In this document: in pieces, positions 34,263 through 45,558 of the stretch | Layout: each line of letters opens with the position of its first letter | Numbering within the stretch: position 1 is the first letter of the stretch | Assembly (NCBI RefSeq): GCF_001194135.2 | Contig: NC_068995.1 | Coordinates: 13,994,882 to 14,040,439 of the forward strand | DNA from: Octopus bimaculoides | Lineage: Eukaryota | Direction: 5' to 3' | DNA: 45,558 nucleotides | The notes under the pieces: model-generated | Told to the model about the DNA's origin: nothing | Seen by the model: the letters and a program-made list of their open reading frames with translations, nothing else | The model's database searches: none | Program-made: the position numbers and the translations under genes

Positions 34263-35905
34263 TTAATTACTTTATAGATAATTCAATAAAGATTGGTGAA
34301 TCTTGATCCATTAGTGTAACTACAGTTTGTGCCACCCAGGGTAGGCTCTGAGTTTAGCGCGTCACTTTTCCTGAGCAATGCAGCCAGCACATGTTTATAA
34401 TACAGCAACCCCGAAGGTGCCTCCATGAAAGCGTCGTCCGGGCCGGGCGATCACTCTCAATACGTTACTGCCTGGAGCGATTGTTCAAACCAATGATTCG
34501 AATTTTTCGGTATTTAATCCAGCATCATATGTTCCGTGTTCAGTTCTCACCGCGATCAATCCTGCTTTTCATCGCCTCCCTTACCATTTATCGGCCGCTG
34601 AGTTTGATAAATAAACTCCAGAACTGGAGCCGTGAACTGGCAGAATCGTGAGAACGTCGGACAGATGTCTTGCTGTAGTTGTTCTGGTTATTTGCGTTCT
34701 GCGGTCGAATCCTGCCAGAGCCCGCTGGTCATTGGGTACTTTTAGTAGAATCCACCTTGTAGCTAGCATTCGAGTTTCGCTTTTCTCCCGTCAGTCTTAG
34801 GGGCCTTATAAAGGGTCATTAGAAGTGTCCATCCCTCCTGACTAAACAATAAATAAAAAAAAGAAAAGAAATACAGTTGCTAGGCGACGAACTGAGAGAA
34901 TCGTAGAACTTCAGATAAATTATATCGTGGTATTCGTTCTGTTTCTCTGGGGTCTGAGTTCAAATCCCCGGTGAAGTTATTCTTTACTTTCCATGTTTAA
35001 GACGTCAATGAATTAAATTCCAGCCTCGGACAAATTCTTCTCTCACTCACTCACTGTCTGCCTCTCCCTTTCTTTGGATTATACGTGCATTTTAAATCCA
35101 AAGGTCCAGCCATGTCGTATGATGTCACGTGGACACAAGATACTCACCGTTTACGCGTTAATTTCAAGATTAGAAATCCGTTCAGTAGAAAAACTAAACG
35201 GTCACCCTCGAGACCGACGGAGAGTCCACCACTGACAGTTTCCCCATCGAGACGCAGTCTACCGCTTTAATCACATCACGTTATATTTGGCATCTCATCT
35301 TATTTCGATTCTCCATTTAACCACCGTTAACATATCTGAGCTGTCTACGAAGTGTCCAGGATTTGTTGATTCCACAGCGAAGGAGATTTGTTTAAGGAAT
35401 GTTTGACTGTCAATGTTATTGTTGTAGTTGTTTTTATTACTGCTGTTGTTATTGTTTCTGTGGTGAAGCCAGTCCTTTCAGTACAACTCAGGCGGAAAGC
35501 TTGCTTGGACAGGTAGAGTATCGAACACTTGCGAAGGACTTACGCTGTTATTTGATCAAACAGTCTGGATATTTATTTCTATCAAACCTGGAACTATGCT
35601 GCTAACGCTGTCACATACCGTACGGTTATGTGTTGTATAGAGATTGACTTAGGCCAAACATGTCACCCTGTTTAATGTCCCATTTGGCAGTTGAAGGAGA
35701 ATAACAAAGATATACACACACACACGCACGCACGCGCGCGCACGCGCGCGCACACACACATTGTACAGTATTTTACATCGATTTTACCAATTGATTTCGC
35801 ACACGAAATAGGAAAATCTAAAATGGCGCTTGTCAGAAGGGCTGGCATGGTATGGGGATTCTTACACTACCTATCGATCTATCTATCTATCTAGCTAGCT
35901 TTATT

Positions 35906-35970
<65 letters not shown>

Positions 35971-36329
35971 TAATAAATGAGTATATGCATATATACGTAC
36001 ATATATGTGCATACTTACATCTACCTGTATATATATAGATGCATATCTGGGTACAGGACATTGCAAACAACACGTAGACAAAATGATAAACAAAGTACAG
36101 AAAACACACAGGCCACATAGAGAACATTTCCTTCATCAGCTGCCACCATTCTAACACTGGCGTTTCGAAGAGTTAGGGCAGGACGCATCGTTAAAATGGC
36201 TCTTCCCACGGACCACAAATTATATTTGTACCACGGAGGAATATGATGGCGGACAGAAAACAAGACAGGAAAACGAAACAGTAGAATAAACAGAGGCTAT
36301 ACGGCCAGACGTGGAAAAATATGTGTATA

Positions 36330-36500
36330 TTGAACGCTGACTGCGGGCATGCTGGAGCATCGCCTTTACTCGAGCAAATCGACCCCAGGACTTATTCTTT
36401 GTAAGCCTTGTACTTATTCTATTGGTCTCTTTTACCGACCGAACCGCTAAGTTACGGGGGCGTAAACACACCAGCATCGGTTGTCAAGCGATGTTGGGGG
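36330..36500 (-). mobile_element. SINE family B, 3' half
   Basis: gactgcgggcatgctggagc...cgaccccaggacttattctttgtaagcc...gaaccgctaagttacgggg. Confidence 0.85.
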
Positions 36501-36530
36501 GAAAAACACAGATACACAAACACACACACG

Positions 36531-36590
<60 letters not shown>

Positions 36591-37244
36591 CATATACATA
36601 TATATAGGACGGGCACCTGTACATTTGTATACCTGTATATTTGAGTGTGCATGTATGCACATATACATCTACATGAATACATACATATACACATGCATAT
36701 ATTGTACACACATACATACATTGTACACGCATACATACACACATTTCTTGGTATGCTGACGCGTAATTGGGAATGTATAATTTCAAGTTATTTACTTGAA
36801 ATATTCAAAATATTGTCTTAATGCGTGGGAATACTGGCAAAATGGAATCGAAACCTTTAGTCATGTCATTTGACGTTACAATAATAGTTATGTATGAATG
36901 GAGAAGTCGAATGACATAGATGGTTAACACACCACCTATTGAACAAATGACGTAATACAAACAGCAGTAGCAAATTCCGGTGTTAATGACACCAGAAACC
37001 TTGCCATGTTTATTATTTTTTTACGTCACACAATCGCCGCGTTTCATTGGTGGATTCTAAGAAAACGAACTCAAGCGTGTCTGGTGTCTTTCAATATCAC
37101 ATCTAGAAGTAGGTGTGTTTTAATAAATGGGTGTTTTATTCTGTTGTTTAATTTCAATTTAGCCCTTTATTAGATAGATTTACGATCTAAAACATCTCAA
37201 AATGGGGTAATTTGGTATATCTAGGACTACATTAGTTTATCTTT

Positions 37245-37503
37245 TACCTTTCACTTGTTTTAGTCATTTGACTGCGCCCATGCTGGGCATCACATTGAAG
37301 GGTTCAGTCAAACAAATCGACCTAAGTTTTTTTTATATTTTTAATCTTACTACTTACTGTATCGGGTCTGTTGTTCCGAACCGATAAGTTACGGAGACGT
37401 AAACAAAGTAACACCATTTGTCAAGCGGTACTGGGGACAAATTCAACATAAAAGCAAAGAAACACACACAGGCACTCATAGATACATGCATACATACGTA
37501 CAC

Positions 37504-37569
<66 letters not shown>

Positions 37570-37659
37570 CGGGCTTCCAGTTTCCGTCTACAATACACGA
37601 TTAAGTCTTTGATCACATTTGCCCAAGTTGCCGTGCAGTAGGACTGAACCAAGACCTCA
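37245..37659 (-). mobile_element. SINE family B, cut by a gap
   Basis: Tail, (CA)n, then head gacgggcttccagtttccgtcta...ggactgaacc. Confidence 0.8.
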
Positions 37660-38350
37660 NNNNNNNNNNNNNNNNNNNNNNNNNNNNNNNNNNNNNNNNN
37701 NNNNNNNNNNNNNNNNNNNNNNNNNNNNNNNNNNNNNNNNNNNNNNNNNNNNNNNNNNNNNNNNNNNNNNNNNNNNNNNNNNNNNNNNNNNNNNNNNNNN
37801 NNNNNNNNNNNNNNNNNNNNNNNNNNNNNNNNNNNNNNNNNNNNNNNNNNNNNNNNNNNNNNNNNNNNNNNNNNNNNNNNNNNNNNNNNNNNNNNNNNNN
37901 NNNNNNNNNNNNNNNNNNNNNNNNNNNNNNNNNNNNNNNNNNNNNNNNNNNNNNNNNNNNNNNNNNNNNNNNNNNNNNNNNNNNNNNNNNNNNNNCACAC
38001 ACACACACACACACATGTACATACATACATACATAAATACATACATACATCATACAGATACGGACACACGTACATACACACACACATATATATGAGAGTA
38101 TATGTACATGTGTATAGGTATGTATATATATATATATATATCTGTATATTTGCATACATGTATAAAAATGTGTATATTATGTGTGTGTATGTTGTGTGAG
38201 TGTGAGTGTGTGTGGTGATGTAAAGTACTGACATTGAGCATGTACCAACTGCCGAGTCCACGACCCACTTTCAATTTGCTGATTGTTGTCAATTTCTCAT
38301 TCCATTGACATGTCACTGACGTCATCAACAACACCTTCTTTTGTGACACC

Positions 38351-38409
<59 letters not shown>

Positions 38410-39299
38410 NNNNNNNNNNNNNNNNNNNNNNNNNNNNNNNNNNNNNNNNNNNNNNNNNNNNNNNNNNNNNNNNNNNNNNNNNNNNNNNNNNNNNNNNNNN
38501 NNNNNNNNNNNNNNNNNNNNNNNNNNNNNNNNNNNNNNNNNNNNNNNNNNNNNNNNNNNNNNNNNNNNNNNNNNNNNNNNNNNNNNNNNNNNNNNNNNNN
38601 NNNNNNNNNNNNNNNNNNNNNNNNNNNNNNNNNNNNNNNNNNNNNNNNNNNNNNNNNNNNNNNNNNNNNNNNNNNNNNNNNNNNNNNNNNNNNNNNNNNN
38701 NNNNNNNNNNNNNNNNNNNNNNNNNNNNNNNNNNNNNNNNNNNNNNNNNNNNNNNNNNNNNNNNNNNNNNNNNNNNNNNNNNNNNNNNNNNNNNNNNNNN
38801 NNNNNNNNNNNNNNNNNNNNNNNNNNNNNNNNNNNNNNNNNNNNNNNNNNNNNNNNNNNNNNNNNNNNNNNNNNNNNNNNNNNNNNNNNNNNNNNNNNNN
38901 NNNNNNNNNNNNNNNNNNNNNNNNNNNNNNNNNNNNNNNNNNNNNNNNNNNNNNNNNNNNNNNNNNNNNNNNNNNNNNNNNNNNNNNNNNNNNNNNNNNN
39001 NNNNNNNNNNNNNNNNNNNNNNNNNNNNNNNNNNNNNNNNNNNNNNNNNNNNNNNNNNNNNNNNNNNNNNNNNNNNNNNNNNNNNNNNNNNNNNNNNNNN
39101 NNNNNNNNNNNNNNNNNNNNNNNNNNNNNNNNNATTAACCTACTTAGACTTGTTTAAAATTTTTTATTTCTATCTCTAAGTATTTAATACACTGTAGTAA
39201 ACATTTTATTCCTGCGTTTGGAGATTTTGCGTCTTGAGAAAAAAATCTTTTAAAAAATTATATTTGTAAGGGTGCCGATACTCATTTTTACAATATTGG

Positions 39300-39512
39300 T
39301 ATCAAATTTTGGAAATTTGGCCAGTAATTTCGGGAGACAGGGTTAATCGATTACATCGACCCCAGTAATCAGCTGGTACTTATTTTATCGACTCTGAAGG
39401 GATGAAAGGCAAAGTCGACCTCGGCAGAATTTGAACTCAGAACGTGAGGACAGAAGAAATGCCGCTACAAATTTTGCTCTGTATGCTAACGATTATGCCA
39501 GCTCTCCGCCTT
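39300..39512 (-). mobile_element. SINE family A
   Basis: cgaccccag...ggatgaaaggcaaagtcgacctcggcagaatttgaactcag...gccagctctccgcc. Confidence 0.88.
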
Positions 39513-39938
39513 TTAATATAACAATATTAGAAATATTCGGTGAATAAACAGAGCAAAGGTCATGGCAGAAAAAAAACCAAAACAACTGAAAAGTTTGGAA
39601 TTTCATAATCCAAAGCGTAAATATTTTAAAATTCCAATCAAAATAACAGTTTTGTCCTCGTTCATGTTGCTGTTGCTATTGCTGCAACGGCTGTTGCTAT
39701 TGTTGTCACTGTTTAACTCCAGGTTAACCGTGATCGAATAGACCTATGATCAAAGCAATCTAGCCATGGCTATTCCATCTATTATTTCCTTCCAGGCAGT
39801 GCATCAAGCCTTATGTTATACAACGTGGTTATTTTTTCCTCTGTGATTGAAGAGGATTTGGTTGCTGTTTCTCGTAGATCGAGAGGCCGCTTGGAAGCTT
39901 TGTCTATCTGTCTGTTTGTTTCTCTCTCTCTTTCTCTG

Positions 39939-39984
<46 letters not shown>

Positions 39985-40111
39985 CCTTTCTCTCTCTCTC
40001 CCTCTCTCTCTCACTCTGTATGTCTCTTTCACTAGTTGGCTTGGATGTAATTCAATCATATAATGACAAAAAAAAACCCATAAAAGAACAAAAGAGAAAA
40101 ACAAATGAACA

Positions 40112-40181
40112 CCACTATGTTCCACTATGTTCCACTATGTTCCACTATGTTCCACTATGTGCCACCATGTACCACCATGTG
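40112..40181. repeat. 7 x 10-bp minisatellite
   Basis: ccactatgtt x4, ccactatgtg, ccaccatgta, ccaccatgtg. Confidence 0.95.
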
Positions 40182-41388
40182 ATCCATTCGTGGAACAGAA
40201 CCAACAAGGAAATCTTCAAGTACCCACTTTAAATGCTAGAAATAGCTGCCAAATTTCCTCACAAGTTACACCCTAGCATAATAATTTTAAAGAAGGGAAA
40301 AAAGAGGGAAATGTATATTGGTTAACGGTTTTGTTGAGCATGTGCAATTGGAAGGTCCTTCCCTAAAGCGCAGATCTGGGCATGTTCTTTGTGAAAGACA
40401 AAAGGTTGCCCATGCATGCAAGTCTCCCCTATATATGCCAGAGATGATATCCAAGGGAAACGCAAAGCAAGGGCTAACTTTGCTTGACACAGTGACATCA
40501 AAATCGTGACGTCAAATGCAATGAGCCTGAACAAATACTGCATGACGACCCGTTTGATCCCTTTAGCAATTTCGTTTACCCACTGATCTTGGTGGAAATC
40601 GAACTCAAGGTACAAAGAGTCATAACAATTATCGCTAAGTATTTTATCCTACTCTCTAACAAGTCGGCCAAGTTACCGCCTTCCGCTGGTTGCTCGTTAT
40701 TACGATTCTAGATATAATGTATTTGAAAAAAAAAAACACTGCAATGGTCACGTTTGGAATGTCCATTGGTCATAGATATACTCGTTCAGGACCGTCTCAG
40801 AATTGAACACCATGATGACCATCACCACCACCACCACTAAGAATCAAAGCAGGGGGTCACATGGCTTGTCATCACAGTTCTATTTTCTCTGAGGTGGCTC
40901 TGATTATATGAAATTATTAGAAGGATACTGTGTGACAGACGTTAGTGTTATACGTATGAAAAGTCTTTTCTTGTTTTGAACATGACTTGGCATGTTTTTA
41001 CATGTTCTGTTTTTTTTTGCCAAGCCCCATTAATGTTACCCTGCTTGCATTAACTTTTTTAAGTACAACCAAAGTACAATAGTAAAATACTAATCAATGC
41101 TCATTACCCCTACCTCAGCCCCAACACGCGCGCACACACTTCGTGTGTGTGTGTGTGTCTGTGCGTGCGTAAATGTACGTAGCTTAGGATGTAAGGATGG
41201 CAATGAGGTTGGGTAGAGAGTGCATATGTTATACATATGAACGTATGTATAAATGTATACACACACATACACACACGCACACATACGCACACACACACAC
41301 ATGCTCCAAAAATAAAGAAAACACAAACACGAGGTGAAAGAACAATAAACGATGTATTAGTTTGACGCCCAGGAAAAATGGACGAAGT

Positions 41389-41425
41389 CTTTAACGTTTC
41401 GAACCTACGCTCTTCTTCAGATGAG
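41389..41425 (-). ncRNA. Degenerate minimal hammerhead-like motif
   Basis: Minus strand CUGAAGA-A-GAGC-guag-GUUC-GAA-ACGU-U; stem I is not formed. Confidence 0.4.
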
Positions 41426-42082
41426 GAGAGATAAAAAAAATTGAAAGAAAAAATCGTATGTACATATATACATACATACATACATAAATTCCGGTTTGAA
41501 CTGCAGTTGAACATGTGATCTTGTGACTGCTTTTCTAAAGCGGCTAAAAGTGAGGTATAGATTAAAGTAGAAATGAAAAGGCAAACGGCTTGACAAAACT
41601 TGACAAAGACTTTTAATTTAGCAATATAATAAAAAGGTTTACGTAGTCTCTAATAGCTGCTTCTAGAATATGTCAGCTGCTGGAACATCGTGTCGAGTGA
41701 GAATTCCATAGGCCGAGTATTCCATCAACGGAGAGAGATAAGTTAAACATATGTAACAGTGGAAGAATATTCCTCATCAATGATATCATTGTGGTTCATT
41801 TTGTCTAGAAAAGGAGGAGAAATCCAGTTAAAAATCCAATCAAAATAGGTATTTATTAGGTAAATTTATGAACAAATGAACAAAATCGATGTCTTTTAGT
41901 AGAATCGAAACAGAGAGAATGGCTTGATTATAATCCATGGCGAGGGATGTTAGCAAAGAAGAGAATTTTATTAATATAATTTTATTAATATAATAAAAAA
42001 TATAATTTTATTAACATAATTTTATTAATATAATAAAAAGTAACCAGAAGATATTATTAGTATAATAAAAGAAAAATAATAT

Positions 42083-42375
42083 TACAGTTCTATATTTACG
42101 AGATATGGAATTATGTACATTATTTACATCTACGGGCATATAGCGTAGTGGTTAAGAGCGCCGGCTACTAACCCCAAGATTCCGAGTTCGATTCCAAGCA
42201 GTGACCTGAATAATAAAAATGATAATAGCATCGAAAAATACCTTAGGAATGAGAACCCAGGTTCAAAATTTCCCCAAGACACCTGATGAAGGCTGGAGTG
42301 TATATCAACCGAAACGTTGTATTAACAACAAACAAGATGAAGACAAATATCTATCAAATGTAAATAATGTAAATA
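42083..42375 (+). mobile_element. ORF-less PLE terminal module: tRNA-like head plus hammerhead, with 14-bp inverted ends
   Basis: A-box tagcgtagtgg 42141, B-box gagttcgattcc 42184-95, HHR 42278-42323; tacattatttacat 42116-29 / atgtaaataatgta 42358-71; colinear with 26490-26765. Confidence 0.8.
42278..42323 (+). ncRNA. Minimal PLE-type hammerhead ribozyme motif
   Basis: GACAC-CUGAUGA-A-GGCUG-gaguguauau-CAACC-GAA-ACGU-U-GUAUU. Confidence 0.65.
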
Positions 42376-44189
42376 ATGAAAAATGATATATTTATTACTA
42401 AAAATCCAGAAAAGATCGTAAAAATAGAGCAGAAATAACAAACTGAAACTAAATTAAAGTTTTTAGAGACAATGTTTATAAAATATAGGATTTGATACCG
42501 ACAACAGAAATATGAACAATATTAAATTAAAATTTTTTTAGACATTTGAAGATATAAGTAAATATTTTTTTAAAATTCATAAAATGTATGGAAGACAATG
42601 AAAATAAAATTAATATAAATAAAACAGTTTTCTAAGAAGACAAAGGAGATTTATTAAGATATCTACTAGTTACTTTATAATTGTATTACTAAAATTCCCT
42701 TCCTTTTGTTAGAAAATGGTTTTATTATGTTGTATTAATTTTATTATTATTGTCTTCCATAACTTTTAAGATTCAATTTAAATATTGACTTTGCGTTCTT
42801 GAAACGTTACGTCGAGACTAGTATTTAACAAGGATTTTTCTCTCATCTGATGAGGAGGCTTAATTTCTGCACGGTTTTAAAGGATTATCTATATTAATGC
42901 AGACAATGTAAGCAATTTATTTAATATAAGCAATTTATTTATTATCAAATATAACAAAATAACTTATCTTTACACGCTTTAAGTTATGAAACAATTTGTT
43001 GTGATATATGAATTTTCCAGTGGTTAAATAAATTTCATCATACGATTTCTCTCGTATATATANNNNNNNNNNNNNNNNNNNNNNNNNNNNNNNNNNNNNN
43101 NNNNNNNNNNNNNNNNNNNNNNNNNNNNNNNNNNNNNNNNNNNNNNNNNNNNNNNNNNNNNNNNNNNNNNNNNNNNNNNNNNNNNNNNNNNNNNNNNNNN
43201 NNNNNNNNNNNNNNNNNNNNNNNNNNNNNNNNNNNNNNNNNNNNNNNNNNNNNNNNNNNNNNNNNNNNNNNNNNNNNNNNNNNNNNNNNNNNNNNNNNNN
43301 NNNNNNNNNNNNNNNNNNNNNNNNNNNNNNNNNNNNNNNNNNNNNNNNNNNNNNNNNNNNNNNNNNNNNNNNNNNNNNNNNNNNNNNNNNNNNNNNNNNN
43401 NNNNNNNNNNNNNNNNNNNNNGATCTTATATATATATATGTATACATATATGTATATATGTATATGTGTATGTATGTATGTATGTATGTATTTGTGTCCA
43501 TAACACAAGGTTGATTTCGGAGAAAGGTATCGTTGATTATAGTGACTCCAGTTCATTTAGGTAGGAATTTTTATTTTATCAGTTCCTCGTAGGATGATTG
43601 AAGTGCCCTCGGTGGGTTCTGGATCCCTGCTAAAATAATATAGGGATTTCTGATATAGGTATAAGGTCAGAAATTTGGTGAGAGGGTGGAGGAGGCTGAG
43701 GGAATAAGCAGTCATTTCGACCTAAATAAATGGCTGTTGCTTTATTTTACGGACTTCAAAAAGATTCAGAGGAGAGTCGATCTCAGCAGGCTTTGAGCTT
43801 AGAAAGTAAAACGTTGGCATTTTCTACGGTGTAACAACGTGTTTCGGTTGGAGCTGATGCATATCTGTTTCTAAGTAATGTAAATTTCTCGAATGAATTG
43901 AAAGAAAATAATAAAAAGTTTTTTGGCAGGAAATATCAATATTTTAGAATCACAAAACCGAATCGGCAGAGTCGACAAAATGGCTGACGATAAATAAACA
44001 GTATTGTTACAGAGAAAATGAACCGGATTTTAGTCCTTCTCACAACGTACTATAAATCTGTGTTCTGAAATACATTGCCATCAACAAGTAGTATTGATTG
44101 ATCGATTACGAAAAGAGAAAAAATAACAATAGCCAAGTGCTCACAATAGCTAGTAATTAGTCACGTCAAGAGCAAAACGACTATCTGAA

Positions 44190-44200
44190 TGTTGTTGTTG

Positions 44201-44271
<71 letters not shown>

Positions 44272-44272
44272 C
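44190..44272. repeat. (GTT)n/(GAT)n microsatellite, representative of many across the window
   Basis: Direct reading; other runs of (TA)n, (CA)n, (CT)n, (CTCA)n, (GTCT)n, (ATT)n and (GTA/GCA)n often abut N-gaps. Confidence 0.98.
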
Positions 44273-44704
44273 AGAAAAAAGGCGAAAGACAGAAAAGGGA
44301 AATATGGATAAAGCTTCCATTAGATTAGTTTAGACAGATATTTATATTTTGTGCCCCATGGTTCCGCATGGTGTCACTTATCGCCATGTGGTGTTCCATG
44401 TTGCCACTTGGGAGCCACATCGTGACGTTTACACTACTGTATGGGATGGATCTTTGTTGGTTTCAATGATAACTATTTTGTTAGTTGTTCAATCAACTGA
44501 ACTTCCAGCTCTTTGAAGTGGTTGAGCTCTCTCTGAAAACTGTGAGGAATGACACAGTAAATTAGAAGTTCTCTCCGCAACCATGAGGCATTTTGAGCTA
44601 GCGTTTTCTTCTATGGTCTCCTATACTTTATAGGTCGACCTATACTTTATAAGTCAACCTATACTTTATTTGTGAAATTAGGTTGACAGAAACCATATAA
44701 AAGC

Positions 44705-44865
44705 CCATCGAGTGGATTGCACCTGTAATTCAAAATGTACAGCCTTGTCATACACTGGGTCACGCTGATTCTGCCCGAGAATTACGTTATGGGGACACGC
44801 ATCCGTGGAATCCTCAGTGCCTCACGCGTTAATTCAGCAACAGACAATTCAGTTAATCGGACAAT
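44705..44865 (+). mobile_element. Old copy of repeat family F, inverted relative to 45310-45558
   Basis: cctgtaattcaaa...cagccttgtca...gtcacgctg...gagaattacgtta is the reverse complement of 45330-45490; another relative lies at ~35060-35260. Confidence 0.7.
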
Positions 44866-45309
44866 TTTGTACTCCTTTATATATTAACTAAATGTTCTAT
44901 GCTATCGACTGGGGGAAGAAAACTGGTTACGCCTCGTCAGAAGGGCGGCCAACAAACTGCGTCAATTTTTCTCAATCTTGATATCGAAACAAACACAGAG
45001 TTGATAATAATGATTATTATATTTGTACATTAAACAAATCAGATTGGACCAATAATGAAAATATAATGTTCGAAATCAATCTAAAAATGTATTTAGGTTC
45101 GTTCACCTTTTATCGATGAAGTTTTTCTGGAGGATGTTCAAAGCGTTTTCATTGCCCACCAACAAAAATTTAGAGGATGCGCTTATCCCCCACTCTCCCC
45201 GCCTTTGCTCATAGGTGTGTTCAATCAAGACTGCCCTTGTGTTAAACAACAAAAACAACTCTAGCAGGAGAAATAACAACTACAATAACAACAATAACGA
45301 GCAATATGT

Positions 45310-45558
45310 TGTTGGCACTCCGTCGCTTACGACGTCGAGGGTTCCAGTTGATCCGATCAACGGAACAGCCTGCTCGTGAAATTAACGTGCAAGTGGCTGA
45401 GCACTCCACAGACACGTGTACCCTTAACGTAGTTCTCGGGGAGATACAGCGTGACACAGTGTGACAAGGCTGACCCCTTTGAATTACAGGTACAACAGAA
45501 ACAGGAAGTAAGAGTGAGAGAGAGTTGTGGTGGAAGAGTACAGCAGGGTTCGTCACCA
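45310..45558 (-). mobile_element. SINE-like family F, 3' portion, running off the window
   Basis: Structured CpG-rich repeat; the minus strand ends ...gacggagtgccaac next to (AAC/AAT)n. Confidence 0.7.

Noticed and set aside
36125-36190. Minus-strand GAAAC upstream of CUGAUGA as a type II hammerhead
   Set aside because: No stem I hairpin or stem II closure can be formed
40318-40509. 63-aa ORF with ordinary composition
   Set aside because: No recognisable domain or splice context, and it begins within a family E repeat
42133-42205. Functional tRNA gene
   Set aside because: Acceptor, anticodon and T stems pair poorly; it is embedded in a repeat module, so treated as a tRNA-derived promoter
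42840-42880. CTGATGAG motif
   Set aside because: No downstream GAAA or stem II
1514-43556. Long ORFs in the track composed of X runs (e.g. 2778-3635, 23156-24253, 32032-33147, 38283-39179)
   Set aside because: They are open only because N-gaps contain no stop codons
45310-45410. HDV-like ribozyme (cagcctgctcg resembles the HDV P3/L3 region)
   Set aside because: The registers tried could not accommodate P2, P3 and P1.1; it is better explained as the structured 3' end of a minus-strand SINE

Overview
Repeat-dense, gap-riddled eukaryotic genomic DNA. The SINE families, microsatellite load and microsatellite-flanked N-gaps are consistent with an octopus (coleoid cephalopod) draft assembly; this species call is from memory of the repeats and was not searched. 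I found no intact host protein-coding gene. Almost all long ORFs in the supplied track are artefacts of N-runs or microsatellites. The real coding remnants are all transposon-derived: two Penelope-like (PLE) GIY-YIG elements, a mariner transposase, a hAT transposase, a Tx1/L1-like ORF2 and a CR1/L2-like endonuclease. Several tRNA-derived SINE families and MITEs fill the rest. The most notable signal is a set of at least five PLE-type minimal hammerhead ribozyme (HHR) motifs with palindromic stem III. One family couples a tRNA-like Pol III promoter to a hammerhead. It occurs both as the 3' end of a GIY-YIG PLE (26490-27335, minus) and as a free ORF-less copy (42083-42375, plus), suggesting a PLE-derived, ribozyme-bearing SINE/retrozyme-like module. 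Two further loci carry long-stem-II hammerheads in inverted terminal repeats. A sharp CpG-depletion boundary near 6 kb with an RFX X-box may mark a gene edge or promoter.
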